From: an uncultured Flavobacteriales bacterium
GTDB taxonomy: Bacteria; Bacteroidota; Bacteroidia; Flavobacteriales_D; CALLUQ01
Length of the DNA stretch: 64,000 bases
Assembly: GCA_938010565.1 (NCBI GenBank)
Contig: CALLUQ010000069.1
Coordinates: 3,400-67,399, forward strand
Direction: 5' to 3'
Positions 30,336 through 40,599 of the stretch are shown piece after piece. Below the pieces are notes generated by a model. That model was not told the DNA's origin. It saw nothing but the letters and a program-made list of their open reading frames with translations, and did no database searches. Made by a program: the position numbers and the translations under genes. Position 1 is the stretch's first letter. Each line of letters begins with the position of its first letter.

Positions 30336-33300
30336 TTAACGTATCAGGTACATCTTTCCCATTCCTTTGTGGAAATATCGGGCTGCAGCCGTGGAGCGTA
30401 CTTCCACATCTTCGAGGTTATCATCCCGTACAACTACCCGGTAAAGGTATACCCCAATGGCAAGGCGATCGCCAAATTCATCGGTGCCATCCCAGGCAAA
30501 GTCGGTGATGTTGCGTCCTATTCTCAAGGTTCCCAATTCATCTTGTGTAATTTCTCTGACCACTCTTCCGGTTACGGTCATGATCTGAATTTTAAAAAAC
30601 GGCGGGGGCTCGGAGCCGGTCAGGGTAAACACAAATCGGGTACGGGTACTGAACGGGTTCGGATAGTTCAATACTTCTGTCACCGTACTTCGGGTAATGA
30701 TCTCAAAGTGAATAATATAATCCACATTGCCGGAAGCATTGCCCGATTTATCGCTGGCACGTACCCGGAGTTGGTACACTCCGTCTTGTGTAAAGGTAGG
30801 ATGATACCCGATCTTGCATTTGTTATCCGAAGCGGCAGCAGGTATAAAAAGCAAATCGTTTTTGCCTGTGCCATCCTTAAAATAAAGCCGGGATGGATGG
30901 CCATCGGGATCCGAAAGGTATACCTCAAAATTGGCGGTGTCTACTTCTTCGTTCAAGATGAGATATGGGTTTTCATCGTCGAGCGAGATCAAAATATCCG
31001 GAGTGGCCGATACCACCTCTCCGTCCATGATGTGGATGCCATCAAAAGTAACATCCAAAACCGGATTGATCCGATCTGACTCAACCAGGAGGGCTTTCAC
31101 CGCCAGGTTGTTAAAATGGTATTGTTCCAACTGATCGTAAAAACCGGTGAGCGAATCTACGGGGTTGACTTCCATCCAGAGAAAATTGGTGCCCGCCAAG
31201 CCTACCGTATTCAGCCTTATGGTATCGTACAATATTGTTCCTGCCAGCAAGGGCGCTTGTCGGTTGTAAGGCACTTCATGGCGGATGCGGTTTTTATCTT
31301 CCACCCAGTAATGCACCAGCAAACTGTCCATATCAAATTCGCTTATGTTCTCAATGGCAATACCAAAGTTTACCGGCTCACCCTCCTGTACGGTATCTGC
31401 ATGGAATACATTTCCTGCAGTCGGGTTCAAGGCTGCTTCGGGTACGGGGTCAAAAACCAGTTGCCACCGTTGCATTTGCGATGGAGTCAGCAGGGAATCA
31501 TCGGCCGAAAACATTTCCAGTCTTGCATAAGGGTAATCTTCCGCATCGATGAATTGGTCCAGGTCGATCACCGAATCTGCATGCAGCGGCCATTCTGCCA
31601 ACCGGATCTCCTGGCCAGATGCTTTTTTACCGATAAGCCGGATTGTGGTACTGTCGGATGTGTTCTGCTCCCGGGCTTTTGCTTCCCAGTGCAAAGCCCT
31701 CCAGCGACGCGATGGCCCGGCCACCTCCGAAGTAATTGTTCCGAAGGGGTAACTGGCAAACATGTTCTCCGTAAGTGTGATATCCTCATAGGGGGTGTTC
31801 CCGTAAATTTCAACGGCAGTGCCCGATGTTCCCTTTTTAACAAAAAAAATGTAAGGCACACTGTCGAGTGCCGGCAGGTGATGGGCGCCCAGGTTTTGCA
31901 GGGTGTTCAAAATGGGCGGGTACAACGTATCCAGAAGAGACCGATCTAAAAAGCCCCAGGTCCAGAGGGCAATGTATTGTCCGTTTTCCACGGTATGGTT
32001 GATGAGCGAATCCATAGCCGCCATGCTCGTTGCATCGTGTTGTCGGTACACAAAATAACCTTCCGGCCGGTGGCGGGTGTTGCACCCCGTTCCGTTGTTC
32101 TCGTTCCCAAATTGGTGATCGGCATTGGCCCATTGTGTATTTGCCGGCGGGTTTAAAGGCCCGTAAGTATACCATGGATCCAGTGTTACCGAATCGATGA
32201 TGGCCAGATGAAAACTTTGGAAGGATAAAAAAGTCTGATTAGTAATGTTGCATCCGTGTCCGTCTATCCAGGCACCATCTATGCTGTAACCCGTTTGCTC
32301 AAAATCGCTTCCGTCGAGTGCAAAATCGCTGGTGTCCCAGCCATGGGTGGAAACTTGCAAAGCTTTGGATGCCGGTACAAAATCGAAGGTGCGGTTGGTG
32401 GCGGTCCGGTGGTAACCGATCAGGTTAAAGTTGTTGTTTTTAAATTGGAAATAATGGGCCTGGCCCCAGCCACGACGCCCTTTGATGTACTGAAAGGAAC
32501 TTTCCTTCCAACTGGTATCTTCGGCTACCCGCCAAAAATAAACGGTAGAGTCGGTTAGCTGCAGCGTGTCTCCGTTACTGCGTACCGGCACCCAGCTTAC
32601 CACCCCTCCGGGTGCATTTATGGTGGCCGGTATTTTAAACGGAGTGTTGAACTCATCCGTGGTATCCAGTTCAAAAATGTACGTCTTATTTTCTCCTGAT
32701 ACATCTCCCGATGAAGCTTTGAGCACCACCTTCGCGTCAGGCACAATGGCATATTCGTAAGGATAAACGGGAACAATGCCTCCGGTTGAGATCAACAAGC
32801 TTTTTTTATAAACGGCATTATTAACCTCCTCATATCCCATGATTTCCGTGATAAGGTTGGGGATATCGACAAATACATCAAACTCATTCAGGCCCTGTCC
32901 TCGCACCTCATCTACCGGAATACGGAAAACCACAGTATCCCGAAAATGAAGCCGGGGCAATAACTTTGAGTAGGATGCTACATGACCGTCGGGCAAATGG
33001 TGCTCCACCCGCACCTGAAAAGGATCCGTTACACTTTTGCCCCGGTTGGCTACCACTATATGGACATCGAAAGAGTCAACATAGGTGTTAATGGTGGGGG
33101 GATCAAAGTAAATGCGGGATGCGCTGATGTCGAGATCGGGCTTGTCGGGCGAATGGATCTTTAGAGCCGGATCGCCCTGGAGGGTCATGGAGGTACAAAT
33201 GTTTTCGATCTGAAAAGGGAAACCGGTAGACGCCAGGTCGCCGATGGTTTTTTGCATTTGCGTTCCGATGGAAGTGCCATAGCTGCGATGGGCCATGTTG

Positions 33301-35498
33301 GCGTAGAGGTTCAGCGAGTATTGGTAAAGGTATATATCCAGGGCTTGTTTCACACTGGCAATAAAACCGATCATGCCCCGGTTGGGGAGGTTTACCCAAG
33401 TTTCGCTGGTGGAGTTGTTGGTAAAATGATGCATATCGCCCGAGTAGCAAGAATTGCCAATGACCAGGGGGTATTTGCCAAAGTTGTCGTAATTGGCGGG
33501 GTTGTCGATGCTCTGATCGAAACCCGAACCGGAAGCATGTCCGAAGAAAGTCATCACGGAAACACCGCTTTCGATCAACTCTTCCACCGAATCGGACAGG
33601 TTGACCTCTATGGGTACCGAAGATTCTTTCAGGAAGGTGTGCACATTTCCTCCAAAAAGGGAGTCTTCAATAATGGACTCAAACTGTGCAAGATAACCTG
33701 CAAAAGAAGCCTGTTCCGATGGAGTGGCCCCTCCGCCGAAATGCAACAGTCGTTTTCGCCACTCTGCCAGGGGCGCATTTTCAAACGCATCCACTTTGTT
33801 TTTATAGTCGATGATCTGGCTGCCCTGAACCGCCGATAAGCGACCAATGGGAAATTCCGGCACCAGATCGCCCATGGTATCCAGATCCGTTACATATAAA
33901 ATATCGGAACAGGGATAACCATAGGAAGGAACGAGGTTGTTGGCGTAGTGGGTGGTATTGGATCGTGAAAAGACGTTGTGCGGTTCGCCGGCTGCTTGTA
34001 TGGATTTTCCAAGAATAAAGGCATACGATGGAGGCGTAGGAAAATTATACCAGGCAAACCGGAGGAATTTTTTAATGCCTTCGGGGTGTTTTACGATGCC
34101 GGCTCCGAACTGATGATACAGTTCTTCCACATCTACCAAAAGGGTGTTGTATCCCATCTGATCGCGATAATTTGCATATACCAGCGCATCGTTCCGGAGC
34201 GAGGGATGGGTAAGGATGATGTAGGCCGAATCCAGATTGATCTGTAAAAAATCCGAAAAATATCCTCCATCGTTTGTAACCGGAGTAATGGCTGCTTCCG
34301 AAAGGGAAATAATGTGGGAATCATCGGTCAGATAACACCGGATATCTTGCCCGTTCAGGTTGGGTACTACCGCATCAAAAGTGCTTCCGCTGGCCACCAG
34401 AGGGATCCGCCTTGTGTGGCCTTCCGGATCGGCATACAACAGGGGGGTAGTTCCGGCAAAGTTGGAAAAACGGATGTGTGATTTTGGGCTTGTGGTGTTG
34501 TGGGGCACTTCCAGTTCGTACGTCCATTGGTTTTCCATATCCCAGGTATGGGGATAACGGATCGTAATGCAGGATGGCGCAAGGTGACCGGCAGCACCGG
34601 AGATGTTATGCACAGAGGTGTACGCTGTAAAATGCCCGTTGAAGGTGGCGGTTAAACCGGCATTGGGCACATTAAATTGTTTTTTGATGAGTGCATACCC
34701 TTTGAACAGGGTATCGAGTGCTACGTTGGCGTTTGCTCCCCAGCTTAATTCGATGTGTTGATTATCGGCGCCTCCTATATTGGTTTGAGGATCGTTTTTG
34801 GTGGCACAGATCATTTCTACCCAGGCATCGGGGCCACCGGCAAAATGATGGCTTGTACTCACGGATCTGGTTCGTGTATTCCCCGTTGGCAGGCTTTGAA
34901 AAAAGCCATCGAACCAACCCTCTCCGGCTGTAATTTTGGGGCTGGAAATGGTATTTTGAATGGCGCCAAAATAATACTGGTGGTGTGCTTCCCAATGGCG
35001 GGTATCCCAGAAATAATCGGCCTGGGCGTAATTCCCGAATTGTACGTCTGTTTCAACGGTCATGCGCAAAGGAGGAGTTCCGCTTTTGTGCAGGCTCAGG
35101 TAATACGTTAACGTATCGTTGTAAAGGCTGTAGTACGGATTGTTCCGGTCGTCGGGATCTTCGTAGATCTCCGTATCGTACCAGCCATCGTTGCGGCGTG
35201 CAAAAAACTCAACATAATCGTTGCCATCAAAAGAGCCGTCTGCTTCGCCTTCTACATGAATGGCCAGTTGTTTTTGCTTGCCAAACATCATAATATCCTG
35301 TGGGTTTACCGCGGCAAGTGAAATGCCGGCTTTGGCCAACGCTGCATGCATGGCAGCCGAATCAATGCGGTAAATGCCGTCCTGAACGATGTTGATCCTG
35401 AGGTATTGCTGGTCATACCTGATCCATTCATTCCCAAATTGCGAAAAGGCCGGAATGGTAAAAGAGAACAGCAGCAGGACGAACGGTAATCGTTTCAA
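30336..35498 (-). CDS. C25 (gingipain-like) cysteine peptidase, PorU-like paralog (PorU2 type)
   Basis: GNEWI N-terminus; PIGRLS; catalytic FFGH and GNSCYSG; LQGDPA; C-terminal NYPNPFST...WDGTDEFGDRLA.GVYLYR. Confidence 0.85.
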   Translation of the reverse strand: MKRLPFVLLLFSFTIPAFSQFGNEWIRYDQQYLRINIVQDGIYRIDSAAMHAALAKAGISLAAVNPQDIMMFGKQKQLAIHVEGEADGSFDGNDYVEFFARRNDGWYDTEIYEDPDDRNNPYYSLYNDTLTYYLSLHKSGTPPLRMTVETDVQFGNYAQADYFWDTRHWEAHHQYYFGAIQNTISSPKITAGEGWFDGFFQSLPTGNTRTRSVSTSHHFAGGPDAWVEMICATKNDPQTNIGGADNQHIELSWGANANVALDTLFKGYALIKKQFNVPNAGLTATFNGHFTAYTSVHNISGAAGHLAPSCITIRYPHTWDMENQWTYELEVPHNTTSPKSHIRFSNFAGTTPLLYADPEGHTRRIPLVASGSTFDAVVPNLNGQDIRCYLTDDSHIISLSEAAITPVTNDGGYFSDFLQINLDSAYIILTHPSLRNDALVYANYRDQMGYNTLLVDVEELYHQFGAGIVKHPEGIKKFLRFAWYNFPTPPSYAFILGKSIQAAGEPHNVFSRSNTTHYANNLVPSYGYPCSDILYVTDLDTMGDLVPEFPIGRLSAVQGSQIIDYKNKVDAFENAPLAEWRKRLLHFGGGATPSEQASFAGYLAQFESIIEDSLFGGNVHTFLKESSVPIEVNLSDSVEELIESGVSVMTFFGHASGSGFDQSIDNPANYDNFGKYPLVIGNSCYSGDMHHFTNNSTSETWVNLPNRGMIGFIASVKQALDIYLYQYSLNLYANMAHRSYGTSIGTQMQKTIGDLASTGFPFQIENICTSMTLQGDPALKIHSPDKPDLDISASRIYFDPPTINTYVDSFDVHIVVANRGKSVTDPFQVRVEHHLPDGHVASYSKLLPRLHFRDTVVFRIPVDEVRGQGLNEFDVFVDIPNLITEIMGYEEVNNAVYKKSLLISTGGIVPVYPYEYAIVPDAKVVLKASSGDVSGENKTYIFELDTTDEFNTPFKIPATINAPGGVVSWVPVRSNGDTLQLTDSTVYFWRVAEDTSWKESSFQYIKGRRGWGQAHYFQFKNNNFNLIGYHRTATNRTFDFVPASKALQVSTHGWDTSDFALDGSDFEQTGYSIDGAWIDGHGCNITNQTFLSFQSFHLAIIDSVTLDPWYTYGPLNPPANTQWANADHQFGNENNGTGCNTRHRPEGYFVYRQHDATSMAAMDSLINHTVENGQYIALWTWGFLDRSLLDTLYPPILNTLQNLGAHHLPALDSVPYIFFVKKGTSGTAVEIYGNTPYEDITLTENMFASYPFGTITSEVAGPSRRWRALHWEAKAREQNTSDSTTIRLIGKKASGQEIRLAEWPLHADSVIDLDQFIDAEDYPYARLEMFSADDSLLTPSQMQRWQLVFDPVPEAALNPTAGNVFHADTVQEGEPVNFGIAIENISEFDMDSLLVHYWVEDKNRIRHEVPYNRQAPLLAGTILYDTIRLNTVGLAGTNFLWMEVNPVDSLTGFYDQLEQYHFNNLAVKALLVESDRINPVLDVTFDGIHIMDGEVVSATPDILISLDDENPYLILNEEVDTANFEVYLSDPDGHPSRLYFKDGTGKNDLLFIPAAASDNKCKIGYHPTFTQDGVYQLRVRASDKSGNASGNVDYIIHFEIITRSTVTEVLNYPNPFSTRTRFVFTLTGSEPPPFFKIQIMTVTGRVVREITQDELGTLRIGRNITDFAWDGTDEFGDRLAIGVYLYRVVVRDDNLEDVEVRSTAAARYFHKGMGKMYLIR

Positions 35499-35500
35499 AA

Positions 35501-36592
35501 CTATAAAAGCGCTTTGTTGAGGTTAAATTTCAAAGAGAATACATTCGAATACAACGCAGCGGATTGGTCGCCGATATCCGTAAGGGCGTAATCCAGGATT
35601 ACGCCTTTGATGTTCAGTCCAATGCCAAGATTGGGCTGAAATGTGGTTTCCTGTTGGCCGAGTGCATCCAATTCTTTTTGAATGTTCCCCATCCCGATCC
35701 GGAGGAAAACAATGCCCTTAAAGCCAGCTTCCAGGCCCAGGCTTGGATCGATGCTGGCAAAATGGGTGCGGATGAGGGTGTTTCTTTTCCCGTCAAAGGT
35801 ATTTTGCAGATCTGCTTCAGCCAGCAGGCTAAACTTTTTCCCCAACTTAACGTTTCGGGAGACCGCCAATACCAGACGGGGCAATGTTGCTTCTACGGAG
35901 TTTTCCGGTATTTCGTTACCTGTCAGGGCAAACACTTCACGGGTCGTTTCATTCAGATCAAAACTCCAGGCATTAAACGTGGAGGTGATATCTCTCGCTA
36001 CTGCTCCCAAACGCCAGGCTCCTGTTTGGTAATGTGCACCCACATCCAGGCCAAACCCCCAGGCTTTTGCAAAGTTGCCCACCTTGCGGTGGATGATCTT
36101 CACATTGGCTCCCAGGTTGAGATTGGGCACCAGATTGGCTTTGGCATAACTGAACAGGAAGGCATAATCGGCTGCCGAAAATTCATAGATCCGATCGTAA
36201 TCCCATTCGCCATTGGCATCGATAAGTTCTGTAGTGTTGGGGATGTTGTCTACCCCAAAACGGATCATGGAAAAGCCGACGGCTGAGGTACTGTCCAGTG
36301 GTTTGGCAATGGCTCCGAAGTCGTATTTGGCAATTCCGGCAAAATATTCGGCATGCATCAGACCGATCTGCATATCGGATCGGACCCCCAGCAAGCCTGC
36401 CGGGTTCCAGTAGCCCGAGGTTACGTCGTTCACACTGGCTACATTGGCATTCGACATGCCCAGGGCACGGGCGCCTACACCAATGGCCAAAAACTCATTG
36501 CTGTACTTGGGGGCTTGTGCCCATAATCCGCCCGAAAAAAATACCAACAGCGCCGGCAGGGTTAATTGTTTCAAGTTCATGATCGTTTCCAT
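35501..36592 (-). CDS. PorV/PorQ-family outer membrane protein (PorV2 type)
   Basis: KYSNEFLAIGVGARALGM, YWNPAGL and DYALTDIG motifs; coupled to the C25 gene. Confidence 0.88.
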   Translation of the reverse strand: METIMNLKQLTLPALLVFFSGGLWAQAPKYSNEFLAIGVGARALGMSNANVASVNDVTSGYWNPAGLLGVRSDMQIGLMHAEYFAGIAKYDFGAIAKPLDSTSAVGFSMIRFGVDNIPNTTELIDANGEWDYDRIYEFSAADYAFLFSYAKANLVPNLNLGANVKIIHRKVGNFAKAWGFGLDVGAHYQTGAWRLGAVARDITSTFNAWSFDLNETTREVFALTGNEIPENSVEATLPRLVLAVSRNVKLGKKFSLLAEADLQNTFDGKRNTLIRTHFASIDPSLGLEAGFKGIVFLRIGMGNIQKELDALGQQETTFQPNLGIGLNIKGVILDYALTDIGDQSAALYSNVFSLKFNLNKALL

Positions 36593-36819
36593 TCTTTAAA
36601 ATTAAAGGACACCGGCAGATTATCCAAGTACCGGAGTACGGAAAAGGTGCACCGGGTATCTCTGTTCCCGCCTTCTGTTAACTGGCGAAAGCATTGAATT
36701 AGTATGTGGTTTCGGGCCGTAGGGGGTAAAAATACCGAAAAGCCAACAGACGCATTTTTGTTTTTCAGGTTATGTTTACGTTGGATCTTTTTGTTTTGTT
36801 AGGTGCTTCATGCACAAAA

Positions 36820-36897
36820 CGAACCCATGTATGGGTTCGCATCGTATGTTGTTGGTCGCTTTGTGGCATTTTTTCAGATATGATCTGAAAAAATGCC
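36820..36897. repeat. Two perfect inverted repeats
   Basis: CGAACCCAT-GT-ATGGGTTCG (36820-36839) and GGCATTTTTTCAGAT-ATG-ATCTGAAAAAATGCC (36865-36897). Confidence 0.85.
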
Positions 36898-37051
36898 GTG
36901 TCTCATCCGTGAACTTCGTGCCCTTTTGGGCAAACGGTTGTTTTTTTGCCACTGCTATACCATTTTCCCGCAAAGGTCGGTTCGGTTTTAGCCCCATCGC
37001 AAGAAGTTGAAAATAAGATTTTTAAACCGGCTCTCCGGTAAAAGCGAAGGT

Positions 37052-38899
37052 TTATTCTATTTTTTTAAACGTATCGATGGCCGGAGGTTCGTCTCCTTTG
37101 AGTTGGCGGTATCGTTCTCTGGCTTCCACAACGTACAAGCTGCCGGGATAATCCGTCAACAGCTTTTCGTAGTATTCGATGGCTTTTGCATCATCATGTA
37201 ACGCAAGCTGGTAGAGTTCCCCCAGATAAAATGCGGCATCATCTCCGAGAATATCGTGGCCGTGAGCGGCGAGTATCGTTTTCAGGTGCCGGGCTGCCGC
37301 TTCAAATTGTTGTTTCCGGTGAGCGATACGATATTTTTGGAAGATGATCTCATCGCTGAGGGCATGGCCGGGGTATGCGGTGAGGATAGAATCCATGATC
37401 GCAACAGACGGATCAAATTGGTTTTGAAAAAGCAGGAGGTCCGCTTTCGCATACATAGACATGGCCTCCGAAGTGGTATCGAGGTTGAGGTTATCGGTGA
37501 TGAGGAGAGAAAGATCCATGGCATCATTTGAGATGAGCTTGGAGGTGGATGTTTTCAGGATATCAAGTTGGGCCTGTGCCCAGATAAAGTTGCCGGTATA
37601 AAAAGAGATCTTGGCATTGCGGTATTTGGCTTCATGTCCCGGCATGTCGTTTTTAAAGTCGTGATCTACCTGAGAGTAATAGAGCGACGCATCCCATATT
37701 TGGCCATTGAGAACAAGAATATCGCCCAGCTCCAGTTTTGTTTCTGCGATGTTGTTCCGGCTCATTCCGGGCAATTTGAGGGTGTGTTCCAGCAGTGCAA
37801 TGGCTTCCGGTTTGTGGTCGAGGTAGAACGCTTTCAGGTGGGCAAGCCGACGCATCAAAAGGGCGGTTTTGGCCGTTTTTCCCAATTCTTTCAACGTCGA
37901 TGTATAGCTGGACTCTAGGCTTGTCAATTCTTCCGGTGTATAGTTGCCTTTGGTGATCTTCTGATGCATGGTTTCCAGCCATTCCATTTTGGCAGGGGTA
38001 TAGTTCGGGCTCAACGGCCCTTTTTCGATCACATAACGAAAGCACTTTACAGCGATATCGTATTCAAAGTTGGACCGGCAAAGCCGACCGAGGTTGAGCA
38101 CCCTTTCTCCTTCGTCTTTTTCCCGTTTATCGAGTGCTTTGGTTTGGATGAAAGCAGCGTTGAATTGTTTCTTCTGGACAAACAACCAGATCAGCATTTC
38201 GGAGAATATGGTTTTTTGCGGATATTTTCGGATATAGCGAAGCAATTGGTCTTTCAGCAGTTTGCTTTGTGCCTCGTTGTCCTGCAGATCGAGCGTACGA
38301 TCCAGTGCGGTTTGTACTCCTTGGAGGTAACGTTCGCTTTTCAACAAAAGGTCCAGATACACATCCACCATTCCTTCGTAATCTCCTTTTATCCCCATAA
38401 CGGTGGCGATGTCGAAGTTGAAATCATAGTTATTTTTGAGGAGTTTTTTTCCTTTTTGATAGCATGCCAGTGCTTGGTCCGGTTCGTTTTTTTCAATAAA
38501 AGCATTGGCCAGATCGGTAATCTGTTTGTGGTCGGGGGTGAGTGCCTTGATGGCTTTGACAAATTGTTGTGTTGCTTTGTTTTCGTTGCCCATGGCTTTG
38601 AAGAGCGTGCCCAAGTCCACATAGTAGGTCAGGTTACCGGGGTCTCGGCGCATCTGGCGTTTGGCTAATTTCTCGGCTTCTTTAAAGCGTTCTAACGCAA
38701 CGAGGCAACGGTAGTAATATTCATAATAAACAGGCGATCGGCTTTTTTCATACAAGCGTTCGTAATACATCACGGCAAGTTCGAATTCGCCTTTTTGAAA
38801 ATACTGAACCGCCAACTGCTCATCGTTTACCGACTGAGCATCCGCAAAAGCCGGCATCAGCAGTAAAAGCACCAACCCGATCTGTCTGAATGGTTTCAT
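37052..38899 (-). CDS. Exported tetratricopeptide repeat protein
   Basis: Signal peptide; many TPR helices; WAQAQLDILK.STSKLISNDA motif. Confidence 0.88.
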   Translation of the reverse strand: MKPFRQIGLVLLLLMPAFADAQSVNDEQLAVQYFQKGEFELAVMYYERLYEKSRSPVYYEYYYRCLVALERFKEAEKLAKRQMRRDPGNLTYYVDLGTLFKAMGNENKATQQFVKAIKALTPDHKQITDLANAFIEKNEPDQALACYQKGKKLLKNNYDFNFDIATVMGIKGDYEGMVDVYLDLLLKSERYLQGVQTALDRTLDLQDNEAQSKLLKDQLLRYIRKYPQKTIFSEMLIWLFVQKKQFNAAFIQTKALDKREKDEGERVLNLGRLCRSNFEYDIAVKCFRYVIEKGPLSPNYTPAKMEWLETMHQKITKGNYTPEELTSLESSYTSTLKELGKTAKTALLMRRLAHLKAFYLDHKPEAIALLEHTLKLPGMSRNNIAETKLELGDILVLNGQIWDASLYYSQVDHDFKNDMPGHEAKYRNAKISFYTGNFIWAQAQLDILKTSTSKLISNDAMDLSLLITDNLNLDTTSEAMSMYAKADLLLFQNQFDPSVAIMDSILTAYPGHALSDEIIFQKYRIAHRKQQFEAAARHLKTILAAHGHDILGDDAAFYLGELYQLALHDDAKAIEYYEKLLTDYPGSLYVVEARERYRQLKGDEPPAIDTFKKIE

Positions 38900-38902
38900 A
38901 TA

Positions 38903-39532
38903 TTATGATAACGCCCGGGCTCCGGGTTTTGTTTTCATTTCTTCCATGATGGCCTTTACTTTGGGATGCAACCGATCGAAATAGCTGTGTGCATTTTTCA
39001 TGATCTGCACCCATTCTTTGGTTTGAGAACATAACCTGGTCCCTTTTTCCATTTCCACAGCATAAAATAACCTGGCCCTGCGGTCAGGAGCCATCGCGTT
39101 TTCTTTTTTGCCTTGCAGGCTCTCTTTCTCATGCATGGCCACCACCCCTTTTTTAAGATCGTCTCGAAGGCTTTTTACCTGTTTGATGCTGAAGCGGAGT
39201 TGTTGTTGAAAGATGACATATTTATGGCGTGCCTTTGCAAAGCCTTTTTTTAATCCTTTGTATTGCGTAAGTAGAGTGGCGTGTTTACGGGCCATGGTAT
39301 CTTGAAAGTTGGCCTGAATATAAGCCAGGTCCTTTTTTATTTTTTGCAACTTACCGAAAGTGCCGCTGGTGTCGAGTTGCATCAGCAATGTAAGAGCGGA
39401 ATCCAACGACAAGCTCAATGCATCCAGTTGTTTCGTTTCTTCCGCAAAACGATGGCTTTCCGATGAACTGCAACCGAGATGAAGAAGGAAAGCCAAAACA
39501 AGCGGACAGCTGATAAAAAACCGTTTTCTCAT
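38903..39532 (-). CDS. Hypothetical helical lipoprotein
   Basis: MRKR followed by a hydrophobic stretch and HLGC lipobox-like site; coiled-coil body. Confidence 0.6.
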   Translation of the reverse strand: MRKRFFISCPLVLAFLLHLGCSSSESHRFAEETKQLDALSLSLDSALTLLMQLDTSGTFGKLQKIKKDLAYIQANFQDTMARKHATLLTQYKGLKKGFAKARHKYVIFQQQLRFSIKQVKSLRDDLKKGVVAMHEKESLQGKKENAMAPDRRARLFYAVEMEKGTRLCSQTKEWVQIMKNAHSYFDRLHPKVKAIMEEMKTKPGARALS

Positions 39533-39727
39533 GGTGTTATTTTCTTGTGGATCCAGGCAAAACAGTTCCGATTGAGGTACATCTTTTGCCACAAACTTCG
39601 TGCCTTTTTCCCTTTTGCCGAAGCAGACTGGCACGGGTGTAAAACTTTGGAATGCATAACTTTATGGCAATGCAAAAACTCCTGACTTTTGAAGCCAGGA
39701 GTTTGAATATGATGCATTTTCGTTTGA

Positions 39728-39988
39728 TTATTCCCCGATAGGGTGAACCGAAACGAACGATTTATTGTTGCGTTTTTTATCGAAACGAACGACACCATCA
39801 ACCAGAGCAAACAACGTATGATCTTTACCCATACCTACGTTTACACCTGCATTATGACGTGTTCCGCGTTGGCGAACGATAATGTTGCCGGCGATGGCCC
39901 CCTGGCCACCAAAGATCTTAACACCGAGTCGTTTACTTTCTGACTCACGACCATTTTTGGAGCTACCGACACCTTTTTTGTGTGCCAT
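39728..39988 (-). CDS. rpmA: 50S ribosomal protein L27
   Basis: [24 protein letters not shown]. Confidence 0.99.
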   Translation of the reverse strand: MAHKKGVGSSKNGRESESKRLGVKIFGGQGAIAGNIIVRQRGTRHNAGVNVGMGKDHTLFALVDGVVRFDKKRNNKSFVSVHPIGE

Positions 39989-40020
39989 GTCTTTTTGGTT
40001 TTAAAGTATTGAGTAAAAGA

Positions 40021-40485
40021 TTAACCTTCTTTATTTGCATTCGCTGTTCCGTCGTCTGACGTTTCAGTGGTTTCAACTTCCGTAGTGGTTTTTTCTTCGG
40101 AAACTTCAGCAGTCACCTCTTCTTTTTCAGGCTCAGCCTTTCGGGCAACCTTGTCATCACCGGGTGTTGCTCCGTTTTCTTTGATCTCCTCAATGAGGAT
40201 CTCAGTAAAATGCTGGCGGTGGCCATTTTTCACTTTATAGCCTTTACGGCGTTTCTTTTTGAAGACAACTATCTTGTCGCCTTTCAGGTGTTGCAGTACC
40301 TTTGCGGTTACTTGAGCACCATCTATAGCCGGGGCGCCAACGTTTACTTTTCCACCATTATCGATCAACATAACGTTATCAAAACGAACTTGATCTCCGG
40401 CGTTTCCACCGAGGTTGTGGACGTAAAGTTGCTGGTCTTTGCGCACTTTAAATTGCTGCCCTGCTATCTCTACAATCGCGTACAT
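40021..40485 (-). CDS. rplU: 50S ribosomal protein L21 with acidic C-terminal extension
   Basis: MYAIVEIAGQQFKV...KKKRRKGY..KNGHRQ. Confidence 0.98.
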   Translation of the reverse strand: MYAIVEIAGQQFKVRKDQQLYVHNLGGNAGDQVRFDNVMLIDNGGKVNVGAPAIDGAQVTAKVLQHLKGDKIVVFKKKRRKGYKVKNGHRQHFTEILIEEIKENGATPGDDKVARKAEPEKEEVTAEVSEEKTTTEVETTETSDDGTANANKEG

Positions 40486-40538
40486 GTTAAACAGCTTTTG
40501 TTCATAACAAAATTAAAAACCCTAAAATTCAGGGGGTG

Positions 40539-40546
40539 CAAAGGTA
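40539..40546 (-). promoter_or_regulatory. Bacteroidota -7 promoter box of rplU
   Basis: Minus-strand TACCTTTG; similar boxes at 24114-24121, 41525-41532, 45657-45664 and 57759-57766 (minus) and 46150-46157 (plus). Confidence 0.65.
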
Positions 40547-40599
40547 TGAAAAGATCCGGAGGTTTACAATCGGTTGTTGAAATCGCCCCCTGCGGCGAT

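Noticed and set aside
36719..36750. GTAGGGGG as a third FecI-type promoter
   Set aside because: No TGT -10 element at 16-17 nt, and it is on the wrong strand for the adjacent gene.
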